DNA of 64,000 nt from Candidatus Latescibacterota bacterium (lineage in GTDB: Bacteria > Latescibacterota > UBA2968 > UBA8231), in contig OZ242005.1 in NCBI GenBank assembly GCA_965204725.1, positions 4,320,001 to 4,384,000 on the forward strand. Direction: 5' to 3'. Position 1 is the stretch's first letter, and every line of letters begins with the position of its first letter. The notes below the pieces were generated by a model. The model did not search any database and was not told where the DNA came from. It saw nothing but the letters and a program-made list of their open reading frames with translations. Of this stretch, positions 20,370-29,427 are shown piece after piece. The translations under genes were made by a program, and so were the position numbers.

Positions 20370-21105
20370 GTTGGTCGCCCAAAAAGGTAAAGCCGTGGTT
20401 GCGGAAGATGCCGGCGGCCTTCTTTGAGCCAAAAAACGCCAGCAGGCGGCGGACCGGTGCGCTGGCGCGGCCCTTGACGATGGCCGCTGGATAGACGATG
20501 GGGCGGTGTAATGAGTCCGGCACGGTCGCTAGCGTTATCACGCGGTCGCTTTGAGCCGCATCGGTGGCGTACACCAAGCCAGCGGCGCACTCTCCGCGCT
20601 CGACGTACACCAAGGCGGCCCGGACGTTGGGCGCGGGTGCGATGCGGTCTTTGAGTGCCGGCCACCAGCCCAGCGTCTCTAGGGCTTGGCGGGCGTACTG
20701 GCCGGCCGGTACGTGATCTGGGTCGCCGAGGGCCAAGCGGCCCGCGAACGTGCCGGCAAAGTCAAAACCCCTTGCCCAGCGGACGGCAAAAGGCCCTCCC
20801 TTGGGGGCAATGACCACGAGGGCGTTGCCGAGGAGATCGACGCGGGTGTCTTGCTCAATGTGCTGGCGCACTTGGAGATAGTCCATCCACGCGGCATTGG
20901 CGGAAAAATAAATGTCGGCTGGTGCCCCAGCGGCAATTTGTTTGGTCAAGGTCGAAGAGCTGGCAATGGACAGGCGCATCCCGTCGTAGTGGGTGGATAG
21001 TTCCGCGAGGGCAGAGCTCAAGCTGGCCGCGGCGAACACGCTTTGGGCCGCTACGAGCGCGGGGCAGAGCAAGAGTAGTACGATGCTAAGTGCGTACCGG
21101 GTCAT
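20356..21105 (-). CDS. modA: Molybdate ABC transporter substrate-binding protein
   Basis: Signal peptide; FAAASL, SSSTL..QI..GAPAD, VPAGQYA, VYATDA. Confidence 0.93.
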   Translation of the reverse strand: MTRYALSIVLLLLCPALVAAQSVFAAASLSSALAELSTHYDGMRLSIASSSTLTKQIAAGAPADIYFSANAAWMDYLQVRQHIEQDTRVDLLGNALVVIAPKGGPFAVRWARGFDFAGTFAGRLALGDPDHVPAGQYARQALETLGWWPALKDRIAPAPNVRAALVYVERGECAAGLVYATDAAQSDRVITLATVPDSLHRPIVYPAAIVKGRASAPVRRLLAFFGSKKAAGIFRNHGFTFLGDQRVER

Positions 21106-23461
21106 GGTGCCAAAACTCGGCCAGCGACTGGGCGATATGGGCTGGGGTGCGGACGGAACGCACGGGGTGCCAAGCCGGGGGAAAGAGCTGGCGATAGCGG
21201 CTCTGACCAAAGCGGCGATCGACGAGGAGGATCGCGCCGCGGTCGGCTGCGGTGCGGATGACGCGGCCGGCGGCCTGCAACACGCGGTTCATGCCCGGAT
21301 AAACGTAGGCGTACGCAAAGCCGGGGATCTCGCGCTCGTCGAAATAGTGGCGGATTAGGTCGCGTTCCAAGCACAGTTGCGGAAGCCCAACGCCGACGAC
21401 CACCGCCCCGACCAGCCGCTCGCCGACTAAGTCGATCCCCTCGCCGAAGACGCCGCCCATCACTGCGAAACCCACGGTGTATTGCGCGGGCTGCAATGGC
21501 GTCGCGTCGAAGGCGGCGAGAAACGCCTCGCGCTGGCGGTCGGACATGCCGCTTTTTTGGACGAGCAGGTCGATGCTCGGATGCGCCTCGGCAAAGCGCG
21601 TTGCCACCTCCTCCATGTATTTGTACGAAGGGAAAAAGGCGAGGTAGTTGCCCGCGCGCTGGCTGACGAGCGCGGCGATGGACTCGGCAATAGCGCCGTA
21701 GCTCTCGCCGCGCTTTTTGTACGTCGTCTCAATGTGGTCGGCCAGCAGTAGGCGCAGGTGCTCGGGCGGGAAGGGCGAACCGAGGCTCAACAAGGTATCC
21801 CCCTCCTCGCCGCCGAGCAGGTCGCGGAAGTACGCCAGCGGCGAGAGCGTGGCCGAGAAGAACACGGCCGCGCAGCCGCGCCCTAGGGCTTGGCGGATAT
21901 TGTGCGCTGGGTCGAGGCAGAAGAGCCGGAAGCGAATGTCCCGCCCCTGTTTTTCGGTGTACGTGGTGTAGTGCTCGTCAAAAAGCTCGCCGATGCGCTC
22001 AAACCCCAGTGCCCGGAAGTAGCACTCGACCAACTCGTCCCAAAAGGGCCGAGCCGAGCCCTGCTCTAGGACCTTCTCGGCCGCGCGGAGGACCTTGTGG
22101 ACTAGCGCCATCAGGTCCGTCGGCAGTTGCTTGCTGACCCAACATTCGCCGTCGCCTTCCTGCTCAACCTGCTGGCCGAGCTTGGCAAAGTAGCGGTTGA
22201 GGGCGTCGAGCTGCTTGCCCAAGTCGGGATGCGTCTTGCCGACTAAGCGCTTGAGTCCAGCGATCTCGGATTTGCACAGATCGGCCGAGAACATTTCGCG
22301 CGCCCGATCGACGAGATTGTGGGCCTCGTCAATTAGGAAGGCGTATTGCCCGCCAGCGTCTTGGAAGAAGCGTTTGAGAAAGGCGCGTGGATCGAAGACG
22401 TAGTTGTAATCGCAGATGATGACGTCGCACCACGGCGCGAGGTCGAGCGAGAACTCAAAGGGGCAGACGCAGTGCTTTTGCGCGCATTCCTCAATGAGCG
22501 TCCGGGTGAAGGCGTCGTGGGTAAAGATGTCTGCAAGCGCGTCGTTGATGCGGTCGTAGTAGCCGCGGGCGAACTCGCATTGATCGGGGTCACAAGTGCT
22601 GCCGCCGTTGGGTTTGAAGCAGATCTTGTCGCGGGCCGTCAGCGTCAGGCTCTTGAGGCGCGCACCGCCGCCGCGCAGGTCGTCGATGGCTTTTTCAGCA
22701 ACCCTGCGTCCGCTGGTCTTAGCCGTTAGGTAGAAGAGCTTTTCGGCATGGCCCAAGCCGAGGGCCTTGGCCGCCGGAAACAGGGTCGAAATGGTCTTGC
22801 CGATGCCGGTGGGTGCTTGGGCAAAGGCCCGACCGCGGCCGTCGATGGTGCGATAGGTGGCTACGGCTAGATCGCGCTGGCCGGGTCGGTACTCGGCGAA
22901 GGGGAATTTGAGGGCCGCAAGCGAACGATCGCGCTCGGCACACCACCGTTGGTAGAGCCGCGCCCAATGCAGGTAGTGCTCAATGAGGTCCGTGCAAAAC
23001 GCCGCTAGTTCGTCGGACGCAAAGGTGCGGCGGTCCTCGCGGCGCTCATCGGTATCTAACTGAAGGTATGTTAGCTGGACATCAATGGTGTCGAGGCCAC
23101 TTTGCTTAGCAAACATAAAGGCGTAGAGCTTGGCCTGCGCCCAATGCGCTACATTTTCAGGGATCTCGTCGAGGTCGGCCTCGGTGGTTTTAATTTCCTC
23201 GACGATCACCGCGTCGTCTTCGACGAGCAAGCCGTCGATGCGACCACTTATTTCGAGGGTGATTTCGTCGGTCTCGACTAGATAGGAGATGGGCACTTCC
23301 GCCTGATAGTCGGCGGGGCGGGCGCGCTGGACCTTCTGGTGGCCGCGGGTGCCTCCCACCAAGCGGTCGGGGCGGGAAAAGCCGCCGGAAACCAGATCGC
23401 CGGAGCGCAGCACAAATCCGACCAGTTCGCGCACCGAGGTTTTTAGCAGGCGCGGGGGCAT
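21086..23461 (-). CDS. PD-(D/E)xK nuclease fused to an Fe-S Rad3/XPD/DinG-type SF2 helicase
   Basis: N-terminal GRIDG...EEIKT..HWAQAKLY; QAPTGIGKT; Cys cluster (C..C..C..CPFE); DEAHN; SATL; QAAGRVIR. Confidence 0.9.
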   Translation of the reverse strand: MPPRLLKTSVRELVGFVLRSGDLVSGGFSRPDRLVGGTRGHQKVQRARPADYQAEVPISYLVETDEITLEISGRIDGLLVEDDAVIVEEIKTTEADLDEIPENVAHWAQAKLYAFMFAKQSGLDTIDVQLTYLQLDTDERREDRRTFASDELAAFCTDLIEHYLHWARLYQRWCAERDRSLAALKFPFAEYRPGQRDLAVATYRTIDGRGRAFAQAPTGIGKTISTLFPAAKALGLGHAEKLFYLTAKTSGRRVAEKAIDDLRGGGARLKSLTLTARDKICFKPNGGSTCDPDQCEFARGYYDRINDALADIFTHDAFTRTLIEECAQKHCVCPFEFSLDLAPWCDVIICDYNYVFDPRAFLKRFFQDAGGQYAFLIDEAHNLVDRAREMFSADLCKSEIAGLKRLVGKTHPDLGKQLDALNRYFAKLGQQVEQEGDGECWVSKQLPTDLMALVHKVLRAAEKVLEQGSARPFWDELVECYFRALGFERIGELFDEHYTTYTEKQGRDIRFRLFCLDPAHNIRQALGRGCAAVFFSATLSPLAYFRDLLGGEEGDTLLSLGSPFPPEHLRLLLADHIETTYKKRGESYGAIAESIAALVSQRAGNYLAFFPSYKYMEEVATRFAEAHPSIDLLVQKSGMSDRQREAFLAAFDATPLQPAQYTVGFAVMGGVFGEGIDLVGERLVGAVVVGVGLPQLCLERDLIRHYFDEREIPGFAYAYVYPGMNRVLQAAGRVIRTAADRGAILLVDRRFGQSRYRQLFPPAWHPVRSVRTPAHIAQSLAEFWHHDPVRT

Positions 23462-23516
23462 GGTAGTATAGTATAATATAGGGTGCTATCGGGCACTTGC
23501 ATTTTTACAGGAGACG

Positions 23517-24392
23517 ATGATGAGTCAATCCGTAGTCTTGGGCGTCATTGGCGGGTCGGGGTTGTACCACATAGAAGGGGTCGAAACAGTCGCCGAGCAC
23601 CGCCTAGGCACGCCCTTTGGCGCGCCCTCGGACGCCATCGTCGAGGCGCGAATCAGCGACCGCCCGGTGCATTTCCTGCCGCGCCATGGTCGGGGGCATC
23701 GGCTGCTGCCCACCGAAGTGCCCTCACGCGCCAACATTCACGCGCTCAAGCAACTAGGGGTGAATCACGTTTTGGCCGTAAGCGCTTGCGGCATCATGCA
23801 GGAGAGTATCCGGCCTGGGGACCTGATCGTGCCCGACCAGATATTCGACCGCACCCGCGGCCAACGCCCATCGACGTTCTTTGGCGACGGGATCGTTGGA
23901 CACGTGATGTTTGCCGACCCGTTCTGTGCGCGGTTGCGGGGCGTGGTCGGCGCGGCGGCCCAAGCGGCCGGTGCCAACGTCCACGAGGGCGGCACGTACC
24001 TCTGCATGGAGGGGCCGGCCTTTTCCACCCGGGCTGAGTCGCATTTCTATCGCAACGCTGTGGGCGCGGCCGTGATCAGCATGACCGCTCTGCCCGAGGC
24101 CAAGCTAGCGCGCGAGGCAGAAATGTGTTACGCGCTGCTGGCAACGGGCACGGACTACGACTGCTGGCACGAGACGGAAGAAGACGTGACCGTCGAGCAA
24201 GTGCTAGCAGTGCTACGGGCCAACAGCGCCTTGGCCGCACAGGTCGTCTCCGAGGTCGCCACGCGCCTACCGACCGAATCCGCTTGCCCTTGTTTGCGCG
24301 CCGCCGAAAGCGCCATCGTCACCGACCCCGCGGCGATTCCTCCAGCGGCCAAGGAGCGGCTCCGGGTGTTCTACGGAAAGTACTGGGATTGA
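23517..24392 (+). CDS. mtnP: S-methyl-5'-thioadenosine phosphorylase
   Basis: GVIGGSG, TPFGAPS, RHG.GH, EGPAFSTRAES, MT..PEAKLAREAE, TDYDCW. Confidence 0.93.
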   Translation: MMSQSVVLGVIGGSGLYHIEGVETVAEHRLGTPFGAPSDAIVEARISDRPVHFLPRHGRGHRLLPTEVPSRANIHALKQLGVNHVLAVSACGIMQESIRPGDLIVPDQIFDRTRGQRPSTFFGDGIVGHVMFADPFCARLRGVVGAAAQAAGANVHEGGTYLCMEGPAFSTRAESHFYRNAVGAAVISMTALPEAKLAREAEMCYALLATGTDYDCWHETEEDVTVEQVLAVLRANSALAAQVVSEVATRLPTESACPCLRAAESAIVTDPAAIPPAAKERLRVFYGKYWD

Positions 24393-24432
24393 GTGACGAA
24401 AGGACGAACAGCATGGCCACGGAGATTTGCAG

Positions 24433-25509
24433 ATGGCGGAATGTTTTAGAATAGCGGTCGTAGGCGTCGGCCGGATTGGCGCATTCCACGCCCGCCACGT
24501 CCAAGAACTGGCCAGCGAGCGGGGCGATTGTGCGTTGACCGCCGTGGTAGATGGCTATGGCGACCTAGCCGCCGAGGTTGCGGCGCAGCTACAGGCCGGC
24601 CAAGAAACGGCGATTGGCGTCTTCAAAGATGTAGAGGAACTGGTCGCGGCGAATGCCGCTGACGGCGCGTTTGTTGCCTCGCGCACTGAAAACCACTACC
24701 GCGACGCCCGGACTTTGATCGACGCAGGCTGGCGGATCTTGATGGAAAAGCCGCTGACGCACTCTCTGGCCACAGCGCGCGAGTTTGCCGCCTATCTAGA
24801 CGCCGACGCCTTTCGCCGCACGGCCCTGATGCAGGCTTTTATGCGCCGCTTCGACGCCCCGCTGTTGTGGGCCAAAGCCCTGTTGGACCGAGGCACTATC
24901 GGCACACCGTTCAAGATCGTCTCGATCCTCGAAGATCCAGTGCCGCCGCCCGACGGGTACAATAGCTCCGGCCTCCTCGCGGATATGGCGGTACACAATA
25001 TCGACGAGATTCTCTGGCTCGGCGGGCAGCGGCCCGAGCGGCTGGCTGGCTTTGGCAGCTTGCTTTACAACCAGCAGCACACGGACGTCAAAGAGGATTT
25101 CGACGACGCCCTCTTGCAGATGTACTTTCCCGACAACCTGATCGGCCAAGTGACCGTCAGCCGCAACCACGTGGCCGGGTATCGCAACGAGACTTGGGTT
25201 TACGCCACGGAGGGGTTGGTGCATGTGGGGGCCTTTGGTGCGGACTCGCTTGTGGTGGAAGCGGCGGCCTTGGGGCGGCGGGGCTACATTGAGCGGCGAG
25301 AATTTGCCCTGCGCGATTACGGAGCAGCGGTGCCGTTCTTTGTCGAACGCTTCGGATTGGCATACAAGGCCGAGTTAGGCCACTATATCGACCAGTGCCG
25401 TGAGGGAACGCCCTTTGCCGTTGATCACCGCGATGGGCTGACAGCGCTGGAGATTGCGCTGGTGGGAAGCGGGGCGTTACAGGGGCGCGAGGGCGGTGTC
25501 GCGGTTTGA
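24433..25509 (+). CDS. Gfo/Idh/MocA oxidoreductase (inositol 2-dehydrogenase-like)
   Basis: VVGVGRIG, MEKP, FMRRFD, DMAVHNID. Confidence 0.85.
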   Translation: MAECFRIAVVGVGRIGAFHARHVQELASERGDCALTAVVDGYGDLAAEVAAQLQAGQETAIGVFKDVEELVAANAADGAFVASRTENHYRDARTLIDAGWRILMEKPLTHSLATAREFAAYLDADAFRRTALMQAFMRRFDAPLLWAKALLDRGTIGTPFKIVSILEDPVPPPDGYNSSGLLADMAVHNIDEILWLGGQRPERLAGFGSLLYNQQHTDVKEDFDDALLQMYFPDNLIGQVTVSRNHVAGYRNETWVYATEGLVHVGAFGADSLVVEAAALGRRGYIERREFALRDYGAAVPFFVERFGLAYKAELGHYIDQCREGTPFAVDHRDGLTALEIALVGSGALQGREGGVAV

Positions 25510-25647
25510 GCAGACCGCGCACTTTCGATTCATTCAGGATTGCCATAGCTTTTGCGAAAAATTGCCCATGTCCACTACCTATCGCCCCCACTGCCGCCGC
25601 GTCACTAGCTGCGGCAGATGGACGAGATTTGACCATAGGAGGTCGTT

Positions 25648-26088
25648 ATGGTACTAGCCTGCGCTTTATTTTTTTTTCTGCTAGATTTTTTTCTGCTTCT
25701 TTCCTCGCTTTCTTTGGGCTTGGATTTTGGATGGAAAGTAGAGCTTCCAGCCTATTTCTTCCTAATTCCCGCCCTAATTCCCGCTCTGTATTTCGGATGG
25801 AGCGCAGAAAAGAATCGCGAACGGCTGGAACAGCTAGCCGATCGGCTGCGCCTGCTCTACAAGGACGCCGGTCGGCCAGCCCTGCGGGTCCGCCGTCCTA
25901 GACGACTCCACTTTGAGACGCATCAGGCTCTCCGAGAATTGGAAAAGAGCCTGAGGACCTTGGAGCTCCACTACCAAATCTGGGACCGTCGGCAGCGCCA
26001 TCCCCGGGTGTTCATCGACGACCCCAAGCCCATCCTCGACAATATGAATCAACGCATCTCGCGGCTGGAAGAGGTTGCCGTCAAATAG
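25648..26088 (+). CDS. Hypothetical two-TM membrane protein
   Basis: AGGAGG RBS; two hydrophobic segments then a charged, coiled-coil-like tail; no recognised family. Confidence 0.6.
   Translation: MVLACALFFFLLDFFLLLSSLSLGLDFGWKVELPAYFFLIPALIPALYFGWSAEKNRERLEQLADRLRLLYKDAGRPALRVRRPRRLHFETHQALRELEKSLRTLELHYQIWDRRQRHPRVFIDDPKPILDNMNQRISRLEEVAVK
25761..25784 (+). repeat. 12-bp tandem duplication CCTAATTCCCGC x2 (LIPA-LIPA)
   Basis: Two perfect adjacent copies read directly. Confidence 0.9.
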
Positions 26089-26135
26089 AGGAGCCGTGCT
26101 CGCAGGGTTCCATCTGCCACGAATGCGCCCATGAC

Positions 26136-26163
26136 TTGACAGTCTGTGAAAAGTGTATATGTT
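26136..26163 (+). promoter_or_regulatory. Putative sigma70 promoter for the AAA ATPase gene
   Basis: TTGACA (26136)-16 bp-TATGTT (26158), with nearby inverted repeats. Confidence 0.45.
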
Positions 26164-26203
26164 GTCGTCAAATTGTTGTGAAAAATGACGATAGACTGGT
26201 CAA

Positions 26204-27355
26204 ATGACGGTTCCACGTATATTTGAACCCCCGAAAAAGAGCTTCTTTCTCTTAGGACCGCGCGGCGTTGGCAAAAGCACCTATCTGCGAATCGCTTTTC
26301 CCAAAGCACACGTCATCAACCTGCTCGCCGAGGATACATATCAGCGCCTGCTTGCAACGCCAGGGCTCCTGTCGGCCGAGCTGCGGGCTGTGCCCGGCGA
26401 CCGCTGGGTGGTTTTAGACGAAGTGCAGAGACTGCCGGCGCTGCTCAATGAAGTACACCGTTTTATCGAAGAAAAGGGGCTGCGCTTTGTTTTGTGCGGG
26501 TCGAGCGCGAGAAAACTCAGACAGGCAGGTGTCAACCTGCTCGCAGGACGCGCCCTGTATCGCGCGATGCACCCCTTTATTCCCGAGGAGTTGGGAGAAC
26601 GGTTCGCGCTCGACGACGCTTTGCAACACGGTTTGTTACCCATTGTATGGGATTCGGAGGACAGGGCAGAAACGCTCATTGCCTATACGCAAATGTATCT
26701 CAGAGAAGAGATTCAAGCCGAGGCTCTAGTACGCAACCTCCCGGGATTCGCACGCTTTCTGCCCGTTGCAGCCCTCTTTCACGGTCAGACCTTGAACGTG
26801 ATTAACATTGCCAGAGACGCTCAGGTTGCACGCACGACGGTGACGGGTTATCTGGCCATCCTAGAGGAGACGCTCCTCTGCTTTCGGCTTCCTGCTTATG
26901 AGACCCGATTGCGCGTCCGCGAACGCAAATTGCCCAAATGGTATTGGTGTGACCCCGGTATTGTACGAGCCATGAAAAAGGTCACGACGACGCCAACACC
27001 AGAGGAGCGCGGTGTCCTATTTGAGGGGCTGATTGCACAGTTGATTCGGTCGTACAAAGACTATCGCAACTTGTGTGACGAATGCTTTTATTGGGCAACC
27101 GTTGCACAGACCCAAACTGAGGTCGACTTCCTGCTCAAACGCGCCGGAGAATTTGTCGCCATTGAGGTCAAGTCCGGCGGCACATTTGCCGAATCTTGGT
27201 GCAAAGGACTGAGAGTGCTGGCCGGCTTAAAGGGTCTATGCCGACGCATTGTCGTCTATCCCGAAGGGCCTGCATTGCAAACGGCAGATGGCATTGAGGT
27301 CCTTCCATTCTCGCAATTCTCCAACCTGTTGGCCGCCGATGCACTGTGGCCATAA
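26204..27355 (+). CDS. AAA_14 ATPase with C-terminal DUF4143 (restriction-endonuclease-like) domain
   Basis: GPRGVGKST, LDEVQR, GSSARKL, LAGRA, K.Y..DPG, EVDF...AIEVKS. Confidence 0.9.
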   Translation: MTVPRIFEPPKKSFFLLGPRGVGKSTYLRIAFPKAHVINLLAEDTYQRLLATPGLLSAELRAVPGDRWVVLDEVQRLPALLNEVHRFIEEKGLRFVLCGSSARKLRQAGVNLLAGRALYRAMHPFIPEELGERFALDDALQHGLLPIVWDSEDRAETLIAYTQMYLREEIQAEALVRNLPGFARFLPVAALFHGQTLNVINIARDAQVARTTVTGYLAILEETLLCFRLPAYETRLRVRERKLPKWYWCDPGIVRAMKKVTTTPTPEERGVLFEGLIAQLIRSYKDYRNLCDECFYWATVAQTQTEVDFLLKRAGEFVAIEVKSGGTFAESWCKGLRVLAGLKGLCRRIVVYPEGPALQTADGIEVLPFSQFSNLLAADALWP

Positions 27356-27420
27356 ATGCCCTCGCACGACTTCGCCCAGCCTCTCTCGCGTCGCGCTGAC
27401 GACGATAAGGAGCACTTCTT

Positions 27421-27966
27421 ATGACCACGGAAATCAACCAAGCGTCCCTCGTGCTCGTGCAAGGGGATATTACAAGAGAACGCGTTGATGCGATTGCCAA
27501 TGCTGCTAACGAGCGCCTCATCGGCGGCGGGGGCGTTGACGGCGCCATTCACCGTGCTGGAGGACCGGCCATCGCGGTGGAATGCAGCGCAATCCGCGCC
27601 AAGCAAGGCGGTTGTCCCACCGGTCGAGCCGTGATCACGACGGGGGGCAATCTTCCCGCCAAGCACGTCATCCACACCGTGGGGCCGGTCTGGAGGGGTG
27701 GAACTGCCGGTGAACCCGAACAGCTTGCTAGCTGTTATCGAGAAAGTTTAGGACTCGCATTGGAGCACCGCATCAAGACGATTGCCTTCCCGTCCATCAG
27801 CACCGGCGTGTACGGTTATCCGGTCGCACAAGCGGCGACCATCGCGCTCAATGCGGTAAAGCAGTTCCTCGTAGAGCACGATGGTCTCGCTGAAGTGCGT
27901 TTCGTCCTCTTCGACGATGCGACGTACGACGCTTATGAGAATACCCTTGTGGGTATGAAAGTGTAA
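27421..27966 (+). CDS. Macrodomain O-acetyl-ADP-ribose deacetylase (YmdB-like)
   Basis: GDIT, NAAN, GGGGVDGAIHRAGG, HTVGPVW, FPSISTGVYGYP. Confidence 0.93.
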   Translation: MTTEINQASLVLVQGDITRERVDAIANAANERLIGGGGVDGAIHRAGGPAIAVECSAIRAKQGGCPTGRAVITTGGNLPAKHVIHTVGPVWRGGTAGEPEQLASCYRESLGLALEHRIKTIAFPSISTGVYGYPVAQAATIALNAVKQFLVEHDGLAEVRFVLFDDATYDAYENTLVGMKV

Positions 27967-28058
27967 ATGGAAGTGGCAATCCCATGAGCGACTGCGGGAT
28001 CATCGTCAGCGGGATCAAATAGAGAAGGCGTGATACGAGCCTCTATTCACGGCTTGTC

Positions 28059-29309
28059 CTACTCCACCCTTCTCAACGTCCCGCCATCGCGCACGGCCTC
28101 GTAAATCTGGGCGAACTCGCGGCTGCCGTCGTCTTCGACGGGGAGGCATTCAGAGCCGCTTTCGCAGATGGGCATGGCGTCGCGGGGGTATTCGTTGTGG
28201 AGGGCCTGCTTGGAGCAGCCGTAGTAGGTGACTTCGCCGTTGGCGCGGGCGTAGCGATAGACGTGGCGAGGCGGATCGACCCAACTGTAATCCACCCGGT
28301 ATTGCTCTATGGCTTGGAGCTCAACCTCGACGCCGAGACCGGGCCGTTCCGGGACTCGGTAGTAGCCGCCGCGTAGCTCGATGGGGTCGGCCAACAGTTG
28401 GCTCTCCCAGATGTTCATGCAGGTAATGGCCGGCCACTTGCTCTGGGGACAGACCGCGCCCAAGTGAGCGGCCCACGTGGTGGTGATGCCCGTGCCGACG
28501 AGCTGGAGCCAGAAGGGCTTGTTGGCTACGTCTGCGACCGCGGATTGCTGCGCGATGCCGTGGGCCCCAGCGCAGACGACAAAGCCATCGGCGACGTCCT
28601 CTTGCAGGGTGGTGAGAATGGGCGGCGAGCCGTAGTGCATGGCCAGCGGGCGGCGGATGTGGTTGCGGATTTGGGCGTTGCCGGCGACATCGGCTTGGGG
28701 GATCGGCGTCTCAATCATGGCCACCTGCGGGTATTGCTCCAAGGTTGATAAAAACTCGACCGCGCTGGCGGCGTTGGCGAGCGTGCCGTTGAAGTCCAAG
28801 TCGAGCTTGAACTGCGGGGGAACGGCCGCGATGATAGCCTCGATACAGGCGTGCAGGTCGAACCAAGTCCGCGCCTTGAGCTTGGCGGTGGTATAGCCCT
28901 GCGCGACGGCGTCCGCGCATTGGCGCGCCCAGTCTGCGGGCGGCATGTCTATCGCCCACCACGACAGCGGGCACCACGTGCGGACCTTGGGGCCTAGAAG
29001 GCGGTAGGCCGGGGTGCCCAATGCTTTGCCTACTGCGTCGAAAAGTGCCTGCTGGACCCCAGCACCCAGCGCATCCTCCCACAACAAATCGCCAGCGGCG
29101 CGGCCGACAATGCGGTCTTCGATGTCCGCGGGGACTTTGGCCCACGTGTAATTGGGAATGGTTTCGCCCCAGCCTATGGTGCCGTCGGCGAGGGTGATTT
29201 TGCAGAGTTGGACAATGCGCCAATGCGGTAGCCAGTACTGGATATGCTGATTGGTGTGGTCGGTAAACGGAACATCCAAGTGGATGAGTTCGACGGATTG
29301 GACTTGCAT
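28059..29309 (-). CDS. Mandelate racemase/muconate-lactonizing enzyme family protein
   Basis: GWGE, ALFDAVGKALG.P, KLK, DFN, IETP, PGLGVE. Confidence 0.85.
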   Translation of the reverse strand: MQVQSVELIHLDVPFTDHTNQHIQYWLPHWRIVQLCKITLADGTIGWGETIPNYTWAKVPADIEDRIVGRAAGDLLWEDALGAGVQQALFDAVGKALGTPAYRLLGPKVRTWCPLSWWAIDMPPADWARQCADAVAQGYTTAKLKARTWFDLHACIEAIIAAVPPQFKLDLDFNGTLANAASAVEFLSTLEQYPQVAMIETPIPQADVAGNAQIRNHIRRPLAMHYGSPPILTTLQEDVADGFVVCAGAHGIAQQSAVADVANKPFWLQLVGTGITTTWAAHLGAVCPQSKWPAITCMNIWESQLLADPIELRGGYYRVPERPGLGVEVELQAIEQYRVDYSWVDPPRHVYRYARANGEVTYYGCSKQALHNEYPRDAMPICESGSECLPVEDDGSREFAQIYEAVRDGGTLRRVE

Positions 29310-29341
29310 GGGGAACTCCTTTGGGAAGCGATGGGGTGGGC

Positions 29342-29370
29342 TATATACGGCAGGCCAAGCTAGGTGTCAA
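29342..29370 (-). promoter_or_regulatory. Putative sigma70 promoter for the enolase-family gene
   Basis: Minus strand TTGACA-17 bp-TATATA, about 30 bp upstream of the AAGGAG RBS/ATG. Confidence 0.55.
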
Positions 29371-29427
29371 GCTCTAAGCAGTTCTATGGAGAACGATGCG
29401 GAGCGTCAGTTGGGTTATATTGGGAAC

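Noticed and set aside
21086-23461. Cas4/DinG-like domains suggesting a CRISPR type IV locus
   Set aside because: No repeat-spacer array or other cas genes in the window; the fusion is a known stand-alone family
25613-26118. 9-bp inverted repeat (GGCAGATGG/CCATCTGCC) flanking the orphan membrane gene as a MITE or integron cassette
   Set aside because: Too short; no target duplication, attC structure or transposase
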